In this document: in pieces, positions 57,999 to 64,000 of the stretch | How positions within the stretch are numbered: the first letter of the stretch is position 1 | How the letters are laid out: each line of letters starts with the position of its first letter | NCBI GenBank assembly: GCA_973895155.1 | Contig: OZ316897.1 | Coordinates: 12,175,832 to 12,239,831, forward strand | Source of the DNA: Marsupella aquatica | Taxonomy: Eukaryota; Plantae; Marchantiophyta | Direction of reading: 5' to 3' | DNA length: 64,000 bases | Made by a program: the position numbers and the translations under genes | The notes under the pieces: generated by a model | Seen by the model: only the letters and a program-made list of their open reading frames with translations | Told to the model about the DNA's origin: nothing | Database searches by the model: none

Positions 57999-60622
57999 TA
58001 TTATTGTATTATCGAGATCCAGATGTCCAATTTGGGCAATTCCAGCTTACAACATTTCAAGGGAGTATTTGCAGCCTGCAATCTCAACTAGTACTCGGTA
58101 GCTCTTCAATCTTTAGTATGTAATCTAAAACTTACCGACATTGGGGTCACTGCATTACTCAGTGTCCAAAAATCAGCTTTTTCTTAATCTAATGCAACAT
58201 CAGAGTAGACCCTCCTCCAGAGTTTCAGCTAAAACCAATGCCAAGAGAAGAAACGAAAGATTATACCCAGCCCTGCCGAATAAAAGGCTCGCAAATACGA
58301 AACATTTTCTTGGGTTATGTCTGTACAAAACTTCCCACTACAGAGATGATTGAAGTCTCTTATCCTAATAGTTGGAGAGCCTCTCTGGGAGAATTAATAT
58401 TCAAAGGATAAATATTCTGAAGCGACTCAATGGCTGTATGTTCAGCTACGAAGTTCGGTTGGTCTCAGCACACCCTGGCAGTAGTCAATTGTGCAACAAA
58501 ATATGATTTCATATTCGTGATGCAGAAAATGGTGCGACTAACTTCTTTAGCGGCGAACCATGAGGCCGTGGACATATCGAAGCTAGGCAGCATTTACACA
58601 AGAAAAAACAAGGACGGCAGCCAACTGAACAACATATACCTCAATTGGTCAAAAAGCCTCTCGGAATATCAATTGGGAAAAACTTTGATGCACATCTGCA
58701 CGAGAATTCCGCCAGGAAAGGAAAGTTCAAATTTCAATCAAGCCCAACTTACTATAGCTCTGCCTGGCTCTGTCTTCATTTGCTTATCTCAACGGTTTGA
58801 GTAATTTCTCCTTTTCTAATTTTCATTTCTTCGATTGCAGCCAAGAATTTGGTCGTTTCGGGAAAAAGGAATGAATTATGTACTTCAAGAGAAACAGGCA
58901 GTTATCACGTATACATCTGCCCTTGCGTCGAAAGAACAAGATTAGGATCATCCAGAATGAAACTCTCTAATCCGAATATTCCAAGTATAAATATGGTCAA
59001 GCCCGATGGAGAAATCTGTGTGGTCGAATGCGCGTGCTCGGCAAATAATGAATCCCGATCCTTTCAGCTGAAGAAACCAAATCCTGGGGAACTAGATTAC
59101 CCAACTGTGCTAAATAAATTCTCCAGAATCTCGCTATTCGAAGGCGAAATATGTCAAGCATTTAATGAGAAGCTATGACGTTCTGGTGGTCCAGGGACAG
59201 CAAATTTGGCAATTATGAAATATGCAAAAGGATCTGCTTCCTAGCCTGACGCAATAGACGAAGGCACGACTTACTACTTTAACAGAGATCGATAAGACCA
59301 TTGACATAGAATCCAGACACAAATTATTGAACAAAAAACAAGGACAGCAACCAAGTGAACTCACATGTCGGTGCCGTCCACGAGTAACGTAGGGTTGGCA
59401 GGGCTTCATGACAGCTTCTCCCATTGGCAAACACATTTCATGATTGTCCATTTCGAGAAACATTAATTCAGCAAGTCTGCCACCAAAGGACCGTCCAATA
59501 AGGCCCCAATTACTAAAGCTTTGCTCGGTTCTAAACTGCGTGTAGTTTGTCTAGACCAAATAGATTAAGACCGGTCATTCTTTGCATTGGATTCTTCACT
59601 CTCCAAATCACAGTGCTCTTCCCAATTCCATCGACCTCACTGGGGTTCCCTTGATTGTGCGACACAAACTGCGTAAAGGCTTGTATTTGCATCCTAGGTT
59701 GATCGTTGTCCACCAATGAAGAGCATGGCACATTTGGGGAGGGGGAAATCGAAATTCCTGTTATTAGCAATGAACAATTTCCTCCATTGGCTCCACCTAT
59801 TGCAACTCGCGCCTGAAGCACCTGAAATGTAGACCGAGGTAATCTTAGTTACTGCTTGTTTGATTCACATAATAAAACAATTGTAAAGCACTCTGGAATT
59901 TCAGAAGCCATGCAATCATTCAGATGAGAAAAACACTGGCGGCTCCACACTCGAACTCACGAAGGCGTCGTCTTTCTGCTCAATGCTGTCGTCAATTCCA
60001 TGAAGCGACTAAAAATATATAAACCAGACAATTCGTAGGATGGAATGCAAATAAATGTCTTCGTAAGTCAGATGTAGTTGAACCGTCGGCCAAAAATCGA
60101 AGTTAGAGAATCAAACCAAATGCTCATTCAAATCTCCCCAGATCACTTACAAGGGCAAACTTTCTTCGCTTCATCATTGTCTTTCAATTGAAAACAAGAT
60201 GAACGATAACGGTAATCACTTCACGGTTAGAGTCAAAACTTCTAGCTACTCAACAGAAACTCGCAATTTGCTGCATGTAAAAATGCTCAAGATTGTCCGC
60301 AAACACCGAGTATGCTCCAGAAATCGCGGGTCTAGTAGACGGACATCCTGCCAGCAAAACTCCTTCCACCAAGTGGATGCCAAGCACTCACGACAACTAT
60401 TAAAGGGATATGAGAGTTTCTGAGGGTTGCTCGAGCTCTACCTCACCACATCAAGTTCTTCTGGGTACAGTCCACGCGCTGAACGGTAGACTTCTAGCTG
60501 TACTAATTTTGGCCCGAAAAGTCATGTGTTCAGAGAGCCTTTCATACCACTTACACCAATGCGCTGCTACATCCTTCGCAGGCAGGCAGAAGTTGTATGA
60601 ATCCCTCAAGATCGACCACGGT

Positions 60623-63600
60623 TTACATGTCGTTAACCAGATTAGACTTCCTGAACTTCTGATGACAGTCGGTGCAGATCCAAACAACACCATGGAGAGA
60701 ACCATCGTTGTATGCCAAACACACCTTTCGAAGTCCTAACTTCTCCTCGTAGGCCTCTGCTGTCAATTTTCCTACTAAATTAGTGATGGCTGCTCTACTC
60801 TTTCCATACAAATCCTGAGGGTTCAAAGGGGGACCAGTAGGATCAAGTCCCATGCCCTCAGTCATCAGCTTTTCTAATTCTGGCATTGAGTACCCGGTGG
60901 CCCAGATGATTCCATCCAACACTGATTTTCCTTGCTGTACTTGCTGGAAGCCGGGCAGTAGCAAACCCGCCCCAGGGGCTACGACATTCACTGCAATTTT
61001 TGCAGAGATTAAGAGAACTGTGAGCGACACTTTGAGCCACGGGACAAGTGTTTTCAGGGCCGGCTTGAGGTCCGAAACAACCAGGCCCAACTGGTCCTTG
61101 ACTTGATGCGGTGTGTAACTATTGTACCTGGCCTCACATGCAAATTGCAAACGAACATGGACACTTGGTGACAAAGCCTCCTTCAATGTAGCCCTTACAC
61201 CAGAATCTCGTTTCCCCAAATAGATGAGGTTTGGGCAGGTTCTGTCCTTGTCTTCTTTCAGAAATCTGTCAGTGTCTTGAAGTTTCCTAAACACCCTTTT
61301 TTGCTCCTTCAAAACCTCTGCAAATCCCTCCCCAAGCATCCTTTCAACATTCTTCACCTGCTTGTAGATGTTATCCTGGCTGTTCATAATCTTATCCAGC
61401 TTCTCATCCATATTGTGCAGCTTCCTGTTAACAGTTGATAATCTTTGCATCTTGTCGGCAGTTGGGCTTGTAGGTGGATTCGCCATTTCAATGCCATCCG
61501 ATGCCAGTGCCGGCTCTTCCACCTTGTCCCCGTCTGTTGAGATATCCGACTCTTCAGTTAACTCGGGTGGATAGATTCCCAGGGTGACAGCTTCCTGTAA
61601 TCCTTGCCTCAAAACATTCAGGTCGTTCTTTGCTGACATAATCACATACTTTTTGTCCTTTGTGGACAGCAGCTGATCTTCTGTTATTGCACAGTCACAG
61701 CCGACACGCCACTGCATTTTTCTTCCCATGCCATGCACTTGCACCCACTTCTTCACTTCAGCAACTTCCACATTTCTGTGCTTCATGTACCCTTCTTGTC
61801 TAGACTGGGAAACCGGCCAAGGCCAAACCACTTTCTGCACGTACCGAACCCCTCCACAAATCTCATTCCATAGGTCCAGGAGTATATTGACAAGATCATC
61901 AGCAAGGTTCACTTGACAGTTTTTCCTTTGGATTACATCCATCTCGTCTTTCGTGAATTGTGGTTTCACCAAAATGCTGATCTCATCAAATGTGGGTGAA
62001 TCCTTTTTGGCGTTAACCTCAATCCTTACGTTCATGTAATCCACTGTGAACATCATGAAATACTTACCAGCAACAAAGTCATTGTCTGGGACATCTCCAT
62101 TATTGAATTCTGGGCTCTGAGCAAGCTGAACCTGAAATCTATGCCACAACGACATTGGTGCTAGAGTCATCTCCTTTTGTTGGTGCTGAATAGAGAAACC
62201 CATCACCCACTGCTCCTCTCCATCATCATGTTTGCTTCTAGACTGCCACCCGTCCTCAGGATCCAAATTCCCATCAATAAGAGACGGTATAAACACTTTG
62301 TCGTCCTTGCCTTTGTAGCACAATCCCAGCCATAGCAAGATAGCAATCAAATTTTCACAATCTTTGCAACCCCACCTAGCTTCAAAGAACACCTTGAAAG
62401 CTCCCATTGAAATAGAACCTGTAGTGGCATCCAGTTTTCTTCTAAAGATATGGTCGCCCTCTGCACGCTCGACCATATCTTCAGACAGGAACATATTTCC
62501 TATAATTTCCTCGCAGAACCAGTTCGGATTGAGGATAATAAGCTTTGGAGAAGGGATACCCCATTGAGGAGGAAAGCTCTTGTCAACGTTTATCAGGACT
62601 CCAGCTTGGTCCAAATATTTAGTTGCTGATAAAATTATTTCGTGAGGGCAGTTCTCACGTAATTGCTCAACCTTCTCCACAAATTCGTCCCAACCTAGCA
62701 CAGGGAACTCCTTCCTTGCCTCACTCCAAATAGGAAGGCTGTGTTGAATGACATCACAGATCATGGGAACAATCCGCTCTTTGAGCAATGTTCTGGAATG
62801 TTGTAAGAGACATGTTTTAAAACCATTGACTTCCCCTCTTCTCCTAACATCCACTATAAAGGCATCAGTACGAACATCCAAAAGGCCAGTAAACTTTTTT
62901 CTCTTTTCCTTTAGCAGCACCTCCCAATCTTGGCTGTTTCTCTGTACCTGTTTATGTCCTCCCATGTTGTTCAGGACAACAAAGACATGTCGGGTTTGTC
63001 TGGTGGCCTCGTGGTAGCTCGATGCAATGTACCGTAACCAGTAATCAAGCTGTTTCTCGACCTCATTTGGTGGACAGCTGGAATTGCAAACAATGACAAA
63101 TATGGTAGCTGCTCCTTGAGAGATGGTGGAGTTCCCAAATGAGAAACTTAGAGCGGGGAAGAAAGCATTGTGCACCAAATGATAATCTTCCTGTCCCGCC
63201 ATGTCCCAAACCTGCAGTGTTATTGGGTTTTGATTTTTCCACTTGCTACCTTTGCTGCCGATTTTGGAGACATCAATGCCTCTTGTGCGGGCCTCCACGT
63301 GAGGCCTCCTTTCCCATGTCCGTAGTGATCGCCAAAGTGTCCTCTTCAATGTATGACAAAGTGTTGTCTTCCCCATTTTTGGATCCCCACAAAGATAAAT
63401 CTTTCCAAAGGCAGCTGGGACCATGGAAGAGCCTGAGAGCCCCGCTAAAATATCCTTGTATCTGGTATTGCGCTTCCTTAGTTGCTGATATTGGCGTCCC
63501 AAGTCTGGAAACTTCAACGAATCAAGGTTTACTTGGACAGTGAGAGACTTGTTTAGGGCGAACGCAGACAACAAAGCAGCGGCGCCTTCTTCAGAAGGGT

Positions 63601-64000
63601 TTGGCACATTAAGGTCCTTTAGTGAATCAAGGCGACCAGATTTAAGGGCCTCGACTAACGACAGCATGCCCACATCTGTGAAACGATTCCGGTCAACATT
63701 CAAAAGATCTAAATTTGGCATTGCGGTGACGTCGCCATATTGGAAGGCGGTTGCAAGTGTAGCCACGTCATCATCACTGATGCCAGTCTCCCAGAGACTG
63801 AGAGTGGTCAACTTCTCCAAATTACCGGATTGAATTGCACGTCCAAGAGCTTCGACGGCTTTGGTTCCTACCGCGTTCCCACCAAAGTCAAGTATCCTAA
63901 AAGATGGAAATTTTGCTGAAGCCAGAGCATTGCTGACTGCCTCACTACGATCGTCCTCTAACCCGGTTTGTTCAAGCGACAAAGCTTCCAATGCAGACAT
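60623..64000 (-). CDS. TORNADO1-like LRR-Roc-COR protein, copy 3 (5' end outside the window)
   Basis: Same architecture as copies 1 and 2. The M at 64000 corresponds to an internal Met (MSALE) of copies 1 and 2. Confidence 0.9.
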   Translation of the reverse strand: MSALEALSLEQTGLEDDRSEAVSNALASAKFPSFRILDFGGNAVGTKAVEALGRAIQSGNLEKLTTLSLWETGISDDDVATLATAFQYGDVTAMPNLDLLNVDRNRFTDVGMLSLVEALKSGRLDSLKDLNVPNPSEEGAAALLSAFALNKSLTVQVNLDSLKFPDLGRQYQQLRKRNTRYKDILAGLSGSSMVPAAFGKIYLCGDPKMGKTTLCHTLKRTLWRSLRTWERRPHVEARTRGIDVSKIGSKGSKWKNQNPITLQVWDMAGQEDYHLVHNAFFPALSFSFGNSTISQGAATIFVIVCNSSCPPNEVEKQLDYWLRYIASSYHEATRQTRHVFVVLNNMGGHKQVQRNSQDWEVLLKEKRKKFTGLLDVRTDAFIVDVRRRGEVNGFKTCLLQHSRTLLKERIVPMICDVIQHSLPIWSEARKEFPVLGWDEFVEKVEQLRENCPHEIILSATKYLDQAGVLINVDKSFPPQWGIPSPKLIILNPNWFCEEIIGNMFLSEDMVERAEGDHIFRRKLDATTGSISMGAFKVFFEARWGCKDCENLIAILLWLGLCYKGKDDKVFIPSLIDGNLDPEDGWQSRSKHDDGEEQWVMGFSIQHQQKEMTLAPMSLWHRFQVQLAQSPEFNNGDVPDNDFVAGKYFMMFTVDYMNVRIEVNAKKDSPTFDEISILVKPQFTKDEMDVIQRKNCQVNLADDLVNILLDLWNEICGGVRYVQKVVWPWPVSQSRQEGYMKHRNVEVAEVKKWVQVHGMGRKMQWRVGCDCAITEDQLLSTKDKKYVIMSAKNDLNVLRQGLQEAVTLGIYPPELTEESDISTDGDKVEEPALASDGIEMANPPTSPTADKMQRLSTVNRKLHNMDEKLDKIMNSQDNIYKQVKNVERMLGEGFAEVLKEQKRVFRKLQDTDRFLKEDKDRTCPNLIYLGKRDSGVRATLKEALSPSVHVRLQFACEARYNSYTPHQVKDQLGLVVSDLKPALKTLVPWLKVSLTVLLISAKIAVNVVAPGAGLLLPGFQQVQQGKSVLDGIIWATGYSMPELEKLMTEGMGLDPTGPPLNPQDLYGKSRAAITNLVGKLTAEAYEEKLGLRKVCLAYNDGSLHGVVWICTDCHQKFRKSNLVNDM

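Larger units (their letters stand above)
55400..64000. repeat. Segmental tandem duplication unit 3 (runs off the window)
   Basis: Colinear with 15440-23260. It is more diverged and carries extra insertions in 55400-58150. Confidence 0.85.

Overview
Eukaryotic (land-plant, most likely bryophyte/liverwort-type; inference) genomic DNA with three layers. (1) Positions 87-11810 are a complete 11.7-kb DNA transposon. It has 25-bp TIRs and a 4-bp TSD (ATCA) and sits inside the integrase gene of a Ty1/Copia retrotransposon. It encodes a spliced Sola1-like (DDD) transposase on + and, on -, a three-exon ~1,055-aa gene fusing a ParB/Srx-like domain to a prokaryote-type beta-class (N6A/N4C) DNA methyltransferase, plus an F-box ORF and two unknown ORFs. 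About 25 copies of a 14-bp palindrome (CGATAAATTTATCG and variants) occupy nearly every non-coding interval of this element, including all three introns. I saw none outside it. This copy carries several premature stops. (2) The host Copia element (integrase, RT, RNase H, PPT, 3' LTR at 14730-14970) has an extra antisense ORF with an RNase H1-type hybrid-binding domain. (3) The rest is a tandem array (~20-kb period) of three intronless TORNADO1-like LRR-Roc-COR genes. Their LRR surface residues are hypervariable while the Roc-COR cores are near-identical. They are interspersed with MITEs, LTR remnants, minisatellites and one DUF1764-family gene. The most promising candidate for an undescribed system is the transposon-borne ParB-methyltransferase plus dispersed palindromic-site module. 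All family assignments come from motif recognition by eye, not database searches.
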